The notes under the pieces are model-generated. The model did no database searches. It was not told where the DNA came from and worked only from the letters and a program-made list of their open reading frames with translations. A program made the position numbers and the translations under genes. 64,000 nucleotides of DNA from Vicugna vicugna (taxonomy: Eukaryota): assembly GCA_013265495.1 (NCBI GenBank), contig MU062665.1:1283541-1347540 (forward strand). Reading direction: 5' to 3'. Positions 24,270 through 37,179 of this stretch are shown one piece after another. Within the stretch, counting starts at the first letter, position 1. Each line of letters starts with the position of its first letter.

Positions 24270-24826
24270 TCTGAATATGCTCCCTCAGGAGCAACATCAG
24301 AGGCTTGACCCTGTACGGGAATATAAAATTAACTAACATAATCCAGCCAGTCCAAACAAGCGAATAACAATAACAAACCCCAGAGGGGAAGACCAGTACC
24401 TGTTTTATGTGATCCTCTTCCCTGGCCATGATGATTGATTCAGGGACAGGCGAAATATCCAAGCAGAGCCCAAGAAAGCCTTCCCTGGCACATTTTATAA
24501 TGGGAGATATCGGGTAAGATTTCTCTACTCTCAGAAAAGATCTGAGAATGTGAACTTAGGGCTGCTGGCAGCCATGTCCCCTACCTGACACCGAAACTGC
24601 CTGCAATGAGAGAGAACAAAGCCAACTGGAAGAGAGAAAGGGAACAAGAGGTAAAGAGTAAGAGGTGAGACCAAGAGAGAGAATCACGCTGGGCAGACAG
24701 ACTGACCCAGTTGACGCCAGGTATCCCAGAGGCCAGCTTCAGTGCCTCTCCTGTTCAGTCATGGCTAGATAAGCCACTTACATTTCCTTTTTTTCTTTTA
24801 CATGAACTAATTAGAACTGGGGATCT
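24270..24826 (+). mobile_element. MaLR LTR (MLT1J/I-like), 3' end clipped
   Basis: gctgctggcagccatgtcccc...gagagagaacaaagccaac...ttccttttttt...attagaactggggatct. Confidence 0.65.
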
Positions 24827-24828
24827 AA

Positions 24829-24860
24829 GGGGGTGGGGTAACAGCTCAGTGGTAGAGCAC
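24829..24860 (+). mobile_element. Head-only fragment of a tRNA-derived SINE
   Basis: gggggtggggtaacagctcagtggtagagcac resembles the 5' end (A box) of the SINE at 48165; body and tail absent. Confidence 0.55.
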
Positions 24861-27274
24861 AGTCATGAGGTGAAGGATCCCTTCTGCCCAACCCCCACTT
24901 ATGGAACAGAGGCTCTACCTTGGGAGTGGCATGCTGGAAATGCTAGCGTCCTGATAAACTTTCCCCTAGTTCTGAGGTGGTGGTTCCATACCAGAAGACG
25001 CAAGTCAAGAGCACCTCAATGTCCCTAAACCAGCTCCAGAGCCCTGGCTTGGAGAACTTGCCTGGGGGGAGAGGAAGGCTGGGAACCAGACAGCTCCTAA
25101 TCTCTTCCCAAAGAACTGACTTGATTTGCAACAGAAAATGGAAAAGTTAAGCTTAAGGGTGCTCTTAGGAATAGTAGATAGTAGTGAAAGGCCACTGTGG
25201 GGAGATCTGATTTATGAAGATACAGCCAACAATGAGGTTGGCTAGTCTGCAGGAGAGAAAGCAGAATAAGACAGCTGGGAGGCCTCCTGGATTAGAACAA
25301 ATGTCAAACACTGACATCAGAAACTATTCCTTCAAAGAAGCCACAATTTGATTGGATTCATTTGTACAGGAATTAATTCCCCAGGGCATTGTTGAAAACA
25401 GTAGGGTAATCAGCCAGCAATTCGTGGAGTTTAACAGCTGAGTGTGCTGAGAAAGAGTGACTGTGAGCATCCCCAAAGTTGTGCCTCCTTGGGGAGCAGT
25501 TTAACACCGTGAGATAAAAATAAACCACTAAAATAATCCAACCTATCAATAAACAAACAAATAACAAGCAATAACAAGCCCACTGGGTTGGGGAACGGGA
25601 GCTAATAGTATCCAGAGTAGCTGCAATATATTATCTAGAATTTAGTTTCCAACAAAAAGTTATGAGGCGTGCAGAGAAACAGGAAAATGTGACTCAGGAA
25701 AAAAGGAGGCACCATAAAATATCTGTAAAAGTGACTGGATGTCAGATTTAACAGAAAAATATTTCAAAGTAGCCATTATATATGTGTTCACAGAACTAAA
25801 GGAAAGAAAGATTAAAGAAGCAAAGGAAGGTAGATGACAATGTGACATCAAATATGAAATATCAATAAAGAGAAATTATAAAAAAGAACCAAGTGGAAAT
25901 TCTGAAGTTGAAAATTACAATAACTGAAATAAAATATTCACTAAAGGGGCTCAACAGATTTGAATTGGCAGAAGAAAGAATTAGTGGCCTTGAAGATGGA
26001 TTGACAGAGATTATACAAGCTGAAGAACAGACAGAAAAAAGAATGAAAGAAAGTGAACAGAACCTCAGAGACATGAGACACCACTAGGTACACTAATATA
26101 CAAGTAACAGGATCAGGACAAGAGGAGACAAGAGAAGAAAAAAAATCAAACAAAAATGACTGAAAACTTCCAAATTTATTGATGAACAATAACCTACACA
26201 TCCAGGAAGCTCAGCAGACTCCAAGGATAAACTCAAAGACACCCACAGATACAGCACAGTAGAAATGCTTAAAGTTAAGGACAAGGAGAAAATCTTGAAA
26301 GCAGCAAGGTAAGAGAGATGAGTCAGTTACAAGGGAACCTCCATAACATTATCAGCTAACTTCTCAATAAAACAGTGGAGGCCAGAGGGCAGTGGGATAA
26401 AATACTTAAAGTACTAAAAGATATTTTTTAAAAAAATCAAGCAAGAAGGATATATCTAGCAAGGCTATCTTTCAAAAATGAAGGCAAAATAAACTTTTAC
26501 AAATAAAAACTGAGAATTTGTTGCAAGCAGACCCACCTTACGAGAAATACTAAAGGAAGTTCTTCAGGTTGAGAACAAGTGACCCCAGGCCGTAATTTGA
26601 ATTCACGTAAAGAGAACTGGTCAAAGGAAGGGCTCTTTAATGGATGATTTCAGCACTTGGGGCAAAAAAAAGTACATGAGCCTTGATATTTTGTGTCAGA
26701 AAGTAAAGAAGTGCTCAAAAAAGGATGGAGACATGTTAAAAGAATACACAAGCTAACTTGAAGGAATTTCCACTGGATAAATCTGGGGCAATTTGAACAC
26801 CAGAATAAATAATTTTAGTAATTATTCATAATATATTGAATTAAATAGTAAACCATATGTCCATCCTGATTAAATAAATAAATTATTAAATTTACTTATT
26901 CAATAAGTTGACTGAAAGATGAGGAATGGGATATTTACATAGTTTTAAAGCACCTCTCCACAAAACATTTATTAATTACATAATAATGGAAATAAGGGAC
27001 AAGAGTAACTTTATAGTGAAGAAGCCTTGGCAAATATTACTTAATTCAAATGATCAAAGTGAATATCAGTAATAGGGCAAACTGAAATCATGAGACACCA
27101 AGCACTGTGAAGAGTTCACATCTCATAGTAATATTCTGGAGGACGATTGTTTACCTGATCATGATGGAACCAGGTCATAAGAAAACATTGGATAAATCCA
27201 AATTGAGGAAAATTATATAAAACATAACCTGAGGAATATTCTACAAATTAATTTTCAAAAGTGTCAAGGTCACT

Positions 27275-27857
27275 GTAATGGACAGAACCGAAGGTGACCC
27301 CGACTCCGTGATCCCTGTCCTTTGGTGTTCACACTTCTGTGTAATCTCCTCCCTTTCAGTTTGACCAGGACTTGTGACTTGCTTTTAACCAACAGGATAT
27401 GGCAAAGATGATGGCATGTCACTCATAATTACATATGATATATACAAGATTCCACCTTATTAGGAGAGATGCTAGAGACACTGCCCCTTACTGTCCTTGA
27501 AGTAAGCTGCTATGAAGTAAGTGGCCATGTTAGAGAAGCTCACACAGCAAGGAACTGTGGACAGCCTCGAGGAGCTAAGAGTGGCTTCCGGAAAGAAACT
27601 AAAGCCTCAGTCCTGAAGCAGCAAGGAAATGAATTCTGCTAACAACCTGAGGGAGCTTGGAAACAGACATGTCTCCAGTGCAGCCTCTGATGAGACCATA
27701 GTACTGGCGGACACACAGAATTCAGCCTGGTGAGACCCTGTTTAGAATTCAGTTAAGCTGGACTCCTGATCCACAGAAACACTAAGATTATAAATGTGTA
27801 GTGTTTTAAGCTGCTAAGTTTGTGGCAATTGTTATGCAGTGTAGAAAACTAATATAG
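27275..27857 (+). mobile_element. MaLR solo LTR (MLT1D/E/F-like) nested in L1MC
   Basis: Starts tgtaatggacag; ends ...tgttttaagctgctaagtttgtggcaattgttatgcagtgtagaaaactaatata. Confidence 0.85.
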
Positions 27858-27882
27858 TTACAAAAGTCAATTAAAGACTGAG

Positions 27883-28027
27883 ATGAAAAAGAATATGAAA
27901 AATGAAAAAGAATACAAAAATGAATATATGTATGTATATGCATGACTGAGACATTGTGCTGTACACCAGAAATTGACACATTGTAACTGACTGTACTTCA
28001 ATTAAAACAAACAAACAAACAAACAAA
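27883..28027 (+). mobile_element. Extremely 5'-truncated young L1 tail with TSD
   Basis: gctgtacaccagaaattgacacattgtaactgactgtacttcaatt plus (AAAC)n tail; TSD aaagactgag at 27873-27882 and 28028-28037. Confidence 0.9.
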
Positions 28028-28499
28028 AAAGACTGAGGATCTGTTAATAGATTAAAGGGGACTAAAGTGATAAACAACTAAACGCACTGAATAATTCTGA
28101 ACTAGACTCTTCAGACCAACTGGGAAAACTTTAATGGGTCTGAGAATTAGACAGTAGTGGTATACCAATGCTGTTTTCCTGATTTTGATGCTTATTTTGC
28201 AGTTAAGGAGGAAATGTGGTAGAAAATAAACATTAAAATATTCAAGTATGAAAAAAATTAGTTAATGAAGGTGTTTTTTCTTCCCTGTGCCTAACAAAAC
28301 TGACCATTTTTCTACTTAATTCAAGAAAGGAAGCACTGTTTCCTTCTACCTTTCTCCTAATGGTTAGGGAAGGGGTTAAAATAGAGAGATTTAATATTTG
28401 GTAATCAAGTACTATGAGCCACAACTGTAATAATCCACTTCACATGACATATCTAACTTAATCCTTACAACAGGTGCTAAAGTAAATATCATTGTCCCT

Positions 28500-28962
28500 A
28501 CTAACCAGGTAAATTGGATTATCATTTTGAATTCTTCACTGCCTCCCTTTGCCATGTGACTTGTTAACACCTCCCACAAGAGTAGGCAGGGTAGATTTCC
28601 TCGCCCCACTCACATTGAGATTAGTCAGTGCAACTCACTTTGACCAAGGATATGTAGGCAGAAGTGAACCAAGGATTAAATGTGTTTGTGTGAGTTGGTT
28701 TGTTTCTTGTGCTTTGGCTAGTCATTATGAAAAGAACCTTCCTGTCTAACTACTTTTCTGGGGAAAATAAAGAGAAACATAAAATAGACCTGAACCTAAT
28801 TCAAAGCCTAGATCCAAGCCAAGTCAATCTTGGCTGAGCCCAGCAGAATCATAATCTGCCCAAAGACTTGATGAACAATAAATATATGCTTATTTTCATA
28901 AGCCATTGAAAATTTGGGGTTATTTGTTACATAACATTACTGTAGCAATAGCTGTCTGATAC
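28500..28962 (+). mobile_element. MaLR LTR (MLT1I-like)
   Basis: cctccctttgccatgtgacttg...ataagccattgaaaatttggggttatttgttac...ctgataca. Confidence 0.8.
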
Positions 28963-29499
28963 ACTGCCACTCAAATTCAAACTCTCAGTTAATGGGCTTG
29001 TCTGAGTCTAAAACCTATCCTCTTTATTACTTACTATATTACTACAACTCAACGAAATCTATGTTCCTGGGGGAAAAAACCTACTAGTATTCATTGAAAT
29101 GTTTTCAGAGTGTCTTCATAAACTTATTTCTGCTTCCTACATCACAAATTTATTTTTTTAACCATCATCTTTTAATAGTATTCATGGGCATTTATCATAA
29201 AATTGAATAAGCTTGATGTATCTAATGTGGTAACTTTAGGACTGAGCTACCCTGGTCTAGGCTATATTGGTCATAGTTTTTAAATGATTAGGATCTATAT
29301 TGTTGAAGGTATATTATTATGATTAGGATACATATTTAGATTATTTAGGATATTTTAGGATATTGCCAAAGAGTTATGATCCAAAGAGCTAAATCCACAG
29401 GTGTCCTGTGGGGATTTAAAATTCTTTAGGTGAAATTCAATAAGTATAAGAGAAGCTTCTGGTGCCCCGTGTTGTATACCGTCAGCCTATCTCTGATTA

Positions 29500-29961
29500 T
29501 AGACACGACTATGGTGGATAATAGACGCAAATTCAGACTCAGGCTGATATTCTCTCACTTCAAGCATGCATTGCCATGTTTCATTTTTCTGCCCCAACAT
29601 CTTCTCCAAAGACACAGGAGCCTCCTGGATATGCTTGCAGAGGCAGCCCGCAAGTAGGGGGAACTAATTCCTTCAGGGCACTCTCAACCAACAAACAGGG
29701 GCAAGGGCACTGTATAAACGCTCTAGCCTTCTGTCTCTGGGATAGGCAATTCTGGATGACATTCTGTATCTTTCTCAGTGATCCAGGAGTAATGGAGCTA
29801 CCTATGCCCAGCCACCATCTTGATAACATACCTTTTATTGCTATCTCCTCCTGCCCTGTCCCCCTCTCATCAATCCTTTACTCCTTCCTAGAATCATCCC
29901 CCAAGTAAACTACCTGCAACCAAATTCTTGTCTTATCTGGGGAGAACCCAAACTAAGACAA
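29500..29961 (+). mobile_element. ERVL LTR16-type solo LTR
   Basis: Ends cccccaagtaaactacctgcaaccaaattcttgtc...gaacccaaactaagaca, the characteristic LTR16 terminus. Confidence 0.8.
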
Positions 29962-30249
29962 AGGCATTTTCTGGAAACTGAGGATCAAAATACTCTTCCC
30001 CCAAACCAACATGAGTTTGAATATGGCAGGGGAGATTAGAAAGGCAAGACTAGAGCTCAATGGGTGTGACTCCCCTACTTGGGTCACGTTGCCAGGCGAC
30101 CAGTCGGCACCAAGAATGTGCCAGTGTCACACACTGATCTTGGAAAGCTCCCCAACTACATTTCTAGTTATTGGGCACCTGCCCACTTCTGTTTTTATTG
30201 TGTGGACATGCAGCTGTGACTCCTTATGGTGCTAAGGAGGGATGACCGC

Positions 30250-30670
30250 TAGTGTTCAAATCTTCACTCTTGTGTGCGACTCACTAGATAACTGTGCAAC
30301 TGCCACGAAGCCTCAGTTTCCACATCTGGAAAAAGAGGATAACAATTCCAACCTCATTAACTTATCGTAAAGACAAAATTAAGATCACATTAATAAAAGT
30401 GCTTTATAGATTATAAAGGACTTAAAAAAATTGGAGGCTGGCACAGTATATTCATTAAGTGCATCAGGAGTAAGACTACCGGATCCCAACTTATTAGTTG
30501 AGCAACTCTGGGCAAATGACTCTTTGTGCCTGAGATTCCTTATCCCTTAATGGAGACAATAACAATAACCTACTCCAGGGGGTTCTTGAGAAGATAAAAT
30601 GAGGGGAGGCATGTAAAGAATTTAAACAGCACCTGAAACACGGTAGTTAATAAATGTTAAATATTATTAG
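30250..30670 (+). mobile_element. Two adjacent MIR SINEs
   Basis: Two MIR cores (cctcagtttccacatctggaaaa; gggcaaatgactctttgtgcctgagattccttatc...taataaatgtta). Confidence 0.7.
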
Positions 30671-31689
30671 TATTACTACTAGGTATTTGTATAATTAAAC
30701 AAGTTACTGAGTACCTAAAATAAGCAAAGCTCTGCACAGGAAGTGATACTGTGTTACTGGATTATATTATAAGCAGCTAACACTCCTTATCCTTATGAAT
30801 ACACCATGTACTCAGATATGTGCGATACCAAGCATATGTAAAGCATGTTGCTGAATGGCTGGTGTTGAGCTGGCAAGCACTGACGGGTGGTTACTGTCTT
30901 GGTGTATGAAGACGGGGGTTGAGTGTCAGTGACAGGTGCATAAGCAAAGCCACAGACATGGGGGTGTCATGGGATTTGAGGCTAGACAAGTGTGTTGGGT
31001 CTAGGTTGCGAAGGGTCCAGAATGGCAGGCCCTGGGGTCGGGATTCTCTCTGGAGAGCAGGAGAGAGCTGCTGAAGGACATCTGAGCAAAGTGATGTGAA
31101 CAGAGCACCACGTCAGGAAAATTAATCTGATGGTGGCTTGTGTCAAAGAACAACAGTGAGCAGGCTTCAACATCAAGACATCATTTGGAAGAAAAGTGCG
31201 GTACTCTTGGTGGTGAAACGATGAGTCTAAATCAAAGCAGGGCAGCGGGACCAGAAAAATCAGGACAGATGTGAGAGGCATTTTGTTAAACAAGTCAAGA
31301 GGGTGAGGCGTCCTTTACCTTTTACTCTTAGAAAAAAGCTTCAAAAAGGTTCACCTCAACACATAGCAACCAATATACAAATAACCAGAGCCGTGCACAC
31401 AGCTCCACAGTACATACATCCCTGTGGTACACTTTTGTGGGGTTTGCAGAGGGTGACCTTTCCACTGTAAGGCTTATGCTTTATCACTCTGAAGTGCTTT
31501 GAAAGGTGATCCTAGAAGCATAAGCAGTGAGTTAATAATAGGTAGTGGCAAGTCTACACATTCCTTAAGAAGGAACTATTACTTCTGAACTATCCGTGAA
31601 GTTGGGGTGACCCTGTAATCATTACTGCCGAGTAGCTTGTAACAACTATTATTACCCCTGTTTTACAGATGAGAACACAAAGGTACAAA

Positions 31690-31990
31690 AGGAGACTTTC
31701 ATAAGCTCTCTTTACAAATCCTGCCCATCCTTCCAGTCTTAGCTTGAATGTCATCCCTCCCTGAGGACTTTTCAGAGTCGAGAAGCAATCAGAAACCCTG
31801 AACACTTGTTTATAGTCTTTCATATTTAGAGCTTGTATTAGAGTCATTTGTGTACATGTCTGGTCACATTTATTCGATTGTAAGTTTCTTTAAGATAGAG
31901 GCTATTTCATCACCTCCATATCCCCATAGAGCTTAGTCCTAGTGCCTGACACATAGTAGGGGGCTCAATAATTGTGTGTTGAGTTGACTG
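31690..31990 (+). mobile_element. L2 3' end
   Basis: ...agtgcctgacacatagtaggggctcaataattgtgtgttgagttgactga is the L2 terminus. Confidence 0.75.
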
Positions 31991-32726
31991 AAGTGTGAAT
32001 ACTAACAAGCCCTTGTCTGCAGTGGGGATGTTTATTTGAATGTGTAATTGGTAGTTTCCCCATGGATCCCTTGAAGAGTGTTGATGCCTTAGCACCTTTT
32101 TGAAGTTCTGGTGCATTTAATTAAACGTGTAATCTTTTTTGAGTTCTTGTACCAAGAAGATAGATTGCACATTTTAATGTGCTCAGTGTTCACTCCAAAA
32201 AAAGACCTTTGCATTTATTTATGTATTCAGTTAACAAAGACAACAAAGATGAGAAATAACTGGGGTTCAAAATATTAACCAATTCCAGTCTCCCTAAAAT
32301 TAGATATTTTAAGATCTTCTCTGATCTATTTTACATTCCATTTCCCCCACCTGTTGGTCAGAAAGGATCCCTTCCTAGATAATTTCACGTGGTTCTATTT
32401 TTCTTGTCATTTATATTTTGTGTAAGAATTTTTTTTTTTAAACGCTGGAGTCTGGTTCTCTGAACCGTGGTTTATCAGGAGAACACGTTTTAAGCCAAGG
32501 AGAGTTTGCTTCCATAGGATGGAACCAAAGGGGTGAATGTGACTTGCAGGCAAATGTATGACTGCAGCCTCACACACTGATGTCACAGCTGGCGCTCTCG
32601 GCTCCCGGCTGTCTTTAAGGGTGGATATTCTGTACCTTCCATCACACAGCCTTCCAGCTGCCAGAATTTTCTAGGCTTTGGGATACAGTAAACCTGGTTT
32701 CCTAAAAGGCACTGTGGTATTAGGGC

Positions 32727-32900
32727 AGTGTTTCTCAAACAAGGCTGATCGTAAGACTGATTTAGGGTGCTTATAAAAAATGTTTTCTCAGGCCACATTC
32801 TCGAATCTACTTCCTAGAAACTTCAGAGAACAGGCCTGGAATACCTGTTTTTTAACCAAGCACTTCAGATTTAATCTTGTGATCAGGCATATTGGGACAC
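32727..32900. mobile_element. MER5-type hAT-Charlie MITE
   Basis: cagtgtttctcaaac...ggtgcttataaaaaatg...aggcctggaatacctgttttttaaccaagcac. Confidence 0.7.
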
Positions 32901-32909
32901 TTTCATACA

Positions 32910-33130
32910 GTGGCTTAAAATAACTGGTTCGAGTCACTTGTACTTACTGGCTATGTAGATTCTTAAGCAAGATACTTTCCTTCTCTGATTCGGTTTCCTT
33001 AACTGTAAAATGGGGGAAATTATAGTATCCACCTATTATTACGATGTTAGAAAGGATTAAAATAATAATGTATATTAAATGTTTAGTACACTATCTGGGA
33101 CAGAGAAAGTACTCAATAAATATCAGCTAT
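32910..33130 (+). mobile_element. MIR SINE
   Basis: MIR core and tail (ttccttaactgtaaaatggggg...tactcaataaatatcagctat). Confidence 0.75.
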
Positions 33131-34764
33131 ATAACAAACTCTTCTCCCCTTTTATTATAGACAATCATGCTTTCTAGTGGATGCTGTACATCCCCAGGTC
33201 ACTTTATCCAGGAAATCTTTCCTGTCCAATTAATTAGAAGAGATTCTCCAAAGTCCCACCCTTGCTAAACCGGCAACGCCTCTCCTAGGAGACTAAGTTA
33301 TTTTAGACTTGGAAACGACTTAGGAATACATAATCCAATACCCTAATACCATTTGCTTATTTCTGGTCCATTCCTTATTTTCAGTTAACTTCCTGTTCAT
33401 GTGCAGCTGTAGGTTACCCTTCTAGGGCCATTTCCCGCCTACGCTCCACTTAGACTGGGCAACCGGGACGACCTCCACACCCAGAAAATGCCCCAATCTG
33501 CTTGTTCCTTTGACAGTTATAAGGTTGCCTCTCCACTAAACACCTTTTCAGGGCAGCTTTGCCTCCCCCACCCAAAGAGACAGTCTATGAATGCATGTCC
33601 TGAATTTTAAATACCAACATGTCTTCCCTATTACTAGTAATGTGAGAGTCAACCTTAAGAAATTTTTGTTATATGTTTGTCTAGTTTTCTGTCTATTCAT
33701 CTGAATCAATGTTATTTCTATTAAACTGTATATCCCTGAAAGTCAGAGATTTTCCTTTTTTTTCCCATTGTCTTATGGAAAAATTCTGCACAACTGCATA
33801 GTAAATGCACAAAAAAATATAATGCTGATGTTGGTGGTAAATATAACGGAGTTGACTTAGACTGTTATATTGTCTTTGTTTCAGCACAATTTCTTTGGAT
33901 CCTAAGGTATATTTGCCTGATTTCCTTTTCACTTTAAAAACAATTTAATGCACAATCTTTGGCCCTGCATTTCCCCAATTTGAAGAACTTTGTGTGTGCT
34001 AATTTGTCAAGCAAAACCTTAACAAACATCTCCTGGAAGTTTAGACTGCAGAATTTTGAGGCATTCATTTGCTTTTCTTGGCATTTACTTCCTTAAAGAA
34101 GTCAAAAAATTATTGAAGCATGACTTTTCCATTCCANNNNNNNNNNNNNNNNNNNNNNNNNNNNNNNNNNNNNNNNNNNNNNNNNNNNNNNNNNNNNNNN
34201 NNNNNNNNNNNNNNNNNNNNNNNNNNNNNNNNNNNNNNNNNNNNNNNNNNNNNNNNNNNNNNNNNNNNNNNNNNNNNNNNNNNNNNNNNNNNNNNNNNNN
34301 NNNNNNNNNNNNNNNNNNNNNNNNNNNNNNNNTTGTAAAAATGTCTGCTCACTCTTCTATAATGTCTTTTTCTACTTTCTGTAGGGCTCTTGGATACAGC
34401 TTGGCAAACAATACCTATTCCAAGAAACACCATTCTTCACCTCAGTCATGCTATTTCCTTCATATAGGCAGCACCGTATCCAGGGCTAAAGGACTTCTGT
34501 TTAAAAGCTAATTAATATTTTTAAATAAGGAATTATAGGTGCACTGTGGCAGAAGGCCAGACTGGACGACCTATGAATATCTGAATTGACAGAAAGAAAA
34601 TCTATTGTTGTTTTGTAAATTCTAAGAAAATGTTGAATTTCCATTCAGTCAGATAGCTTTTATTGTAATCATGTTTAATACTTTTTTTTTTGAAAAATAC
34701 CATTTCCTACCTTAGAATATAAAAATATTTAAAATTAGTTAGTTCAGGCTGGCAGTTAGAAAAG

Positions 34765-34798
34765 GGGCATTTCACATTATTGGGCATTTCACATTATT
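34765..34798. repeat. Perfect 17-bp tandem duplication (gggcatttcacattatt)x2
   Basis: Directly visible. Confidence 0.95.
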
Positions 34799-36270
34799 GG
34801 TAAAGATAGATCTTTCTGAGCAATTATGTTGCATTCAAATGAGAAATATGTGATGTTCTGGCTGTCCAATGCTTGCCCTCCATGCTCCCCCGCCCCCGAC
34901 ATGTCAAAAAAAAAAAAAAAGAATTAAGACATCTGGCAAGGCCCAGGGAAAAGCAGCTAAACTCACTGAAGGGACAGGGTACTTCTCACATGAAGACAGA
35001 CTAAAAATACAAAAACCCATTAGTGTGAAATAACAAAAGCTGAAAGGGGAGAAGTAACTGGGACCTCTGCTGAATTCCCAGCTATGTGGGACCACCAGCT
35101 AGATGAGCTAATTAAAATTAGAAACCCCATTTTTGATTATGGCTTACATGTGTATACAAGTTTTGTAAATTAGATACAAGTACTTCAACTAAAAGTTGTT
35201 TAATAGATAGAGATATTGGTAATTTTCGACCAGATGACAGTGATTTTATTCTTTTCTTTAAGAAAAACCAAAGGGCAATTAACTTATGAGAGTGTCCTGG
35301 ACTCCAGAAATCAAATCAAAATTTAAGGATGTTTTGGGGGGGAGTCTATAAAGCTAGCGAATAAACCAGCAAAAATTTTTCCTCATAAAACTAGAGGAAA
35401 ATAACAATTATTTTTTAAAAAAATATTCGGTTGTTTGGTTCTGATTTTGAATAAAGCAATGGCTCGTGCTTGTGCTTGCATAACTATAAACATCACATGC
35501 ATCAGCGGGGGTCAGCGGTACTCACTTGCCTTCCCCCAGCATTTTTAAACTAGCAAACACCTACAACACAGTATGCGCCATTGTAGGAGACTGGCAGCAA
35601 GGTCTTGTTTAATTAACTAATTAGATGACTACACCTAAACTAGCATTATTAGGCCTTTTATAATGATTGTTGAAGCACTGTGAATTAATTTTCTTACTGG
35701 CCATGACCATCATTTGCTGCTATCACAGCATTAAGAGATAATGCCATGCACAGTAGGAAATCTCTATGGGCAGAAANNNNNNNNNNNNNNNNNNNNNNNN
35801 NNNNNNNNNNNNNNNNNNNNNNNNNNNNNNNNNNNNNNNNNNNNNNNNNNNNNNNNNNNNNNNNNNNNNNNNNNNNNNNNNNNNNNNNNNNNNNNNNNNN
35901 NNNNNNNNNNNNNNNNNNNNNNNNNNNNNNNNAAAAATGTCAGAAGAAATCAGCAACAAAAACATCAATTTCTCAAAGCGATACATGTAATCCAAATCAT
36001 ATTAACCTAGCATGTGACATGTCAGGTTAAATTAACATAAGCTTTGTTATTGAGCCTGAATAATATAGCTTACCTCTTAGCCTTTAGATATATTGATTAA
36101 ATAGGTCATCCTCACCTGCCTACAGATACAAATATAATCAAACTGCACTGTTCTCTAGGGAGCTGAATGGCAAAAACCCTGGTAAATACCCAACCCAGAT
36201 TCCTGGTAAGTGACAGCCTGTTTCCTCGACTAATACAGAGATGACAGAAGGAAGACAGGCAAGTCCCTAG

Positions 36271-36273
<3 letters not shown>

Positions 36274-36303
<30 letters not shown>
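36274..36303. repeat. (GT)15 microsatellite
   Basis: Directly visible. Confidence 0.97.
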
Positions 36304-36307
<4 letters not shown>

Positions 36308-37179
36308 ATGCTTCCCTGGGCAGGGGTCTGGTGTGATGGTCAGGAGAGGGAGCCCTGGATCGGGTTGCTAGGGTCTGGTCCCAACTCCCACCCTTGACCA
36401 GTTGTGTCCCCTAAAGTAAGGCACGCTCACTTCTCTGGGGCTCAGTTTTGCTCATCTGATATTACCTCAAAAGTCTGTTGTGACTATATATATTCTCAGA
36501 GAGTTTCTGGTGATCTAAACAACAGAAACTATAAAATGAAAGACTGACACATTTGACTATGCAAAAAATTCAAGCCACTGGAGGAATAAATTATCAAAGA
36601 CAAAAATAACACAAAATGATATATTTGTTTAAAAATAGTCCAGCAGGGCAGAGGGATGGAAGTAGTGTAGGGAGGGGTGTTAGAAAATGAAATAAATTTG
36701 TCTGTATAACGATCATGCTAGGTATTCAGTCCATAAAAATCTGTTATTCTATTTTTGTATATGTTTGAAAATTTTATGGGAGAAAACATTTTGAAAAATA
36801 AACACATAAAAATACCATAGTCAAAAAAAACCCCACAGACAGTATCAGAAAAAATGATGGCAAATTAAGGGAAAAGTATTTGTAAGACATATCATACTAA
36901 CAGGCAAATGCCCCTAATATATAAAGAGGTCAAACAAATTAATTTAAAAAAGAAAAAAAAAAACCAACATAGAAATAGAGCCAAAACAGAAAAGGAACAC
37001 AATCAATAATAGGAAAAACAAAAACTATAGATTATAATAAGATATATTATTTTATATTTATAAAACATTTATATTATTTTTAACCTACCTTTAAACTTTA
37101 AATTTTAAATAAATATTATTAATTTTAACTTAGATTTTATGAAATAAAATTAATTATACTTAAAATAAAGCAAGTAATG

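Larger units (their letters stand above)
24885..28250 (+). mobile_element. Old L1MC-type element: 5'UTR and ORF1 joined to 3'UTR, with nested insertions
   Basis: ORF 25893-26087 (MEILKLKITITEIK...ELAEERISGLED) is L1 ORF1 coiled coil; L1MC-like 3'UTR from about 26620; resumes after the MLT1 and L1 inserts. Confidence 0.75.

Noticed and set aside
25893-26087. Coiled-coil ORF
   Set aside because: L1 ORF1 relic, not a host gene; likewise ORFs at 44109, 46389, 53302 and 60832 are L1 ORF2 ends.
29285-29365. Degenerate ttaggat repeats resembling telomeric or array-like sequence
   Set aside because: Four irregular 7-mers in AT-rich DNA; no TTAGGG array and no repeat-spacer structure.
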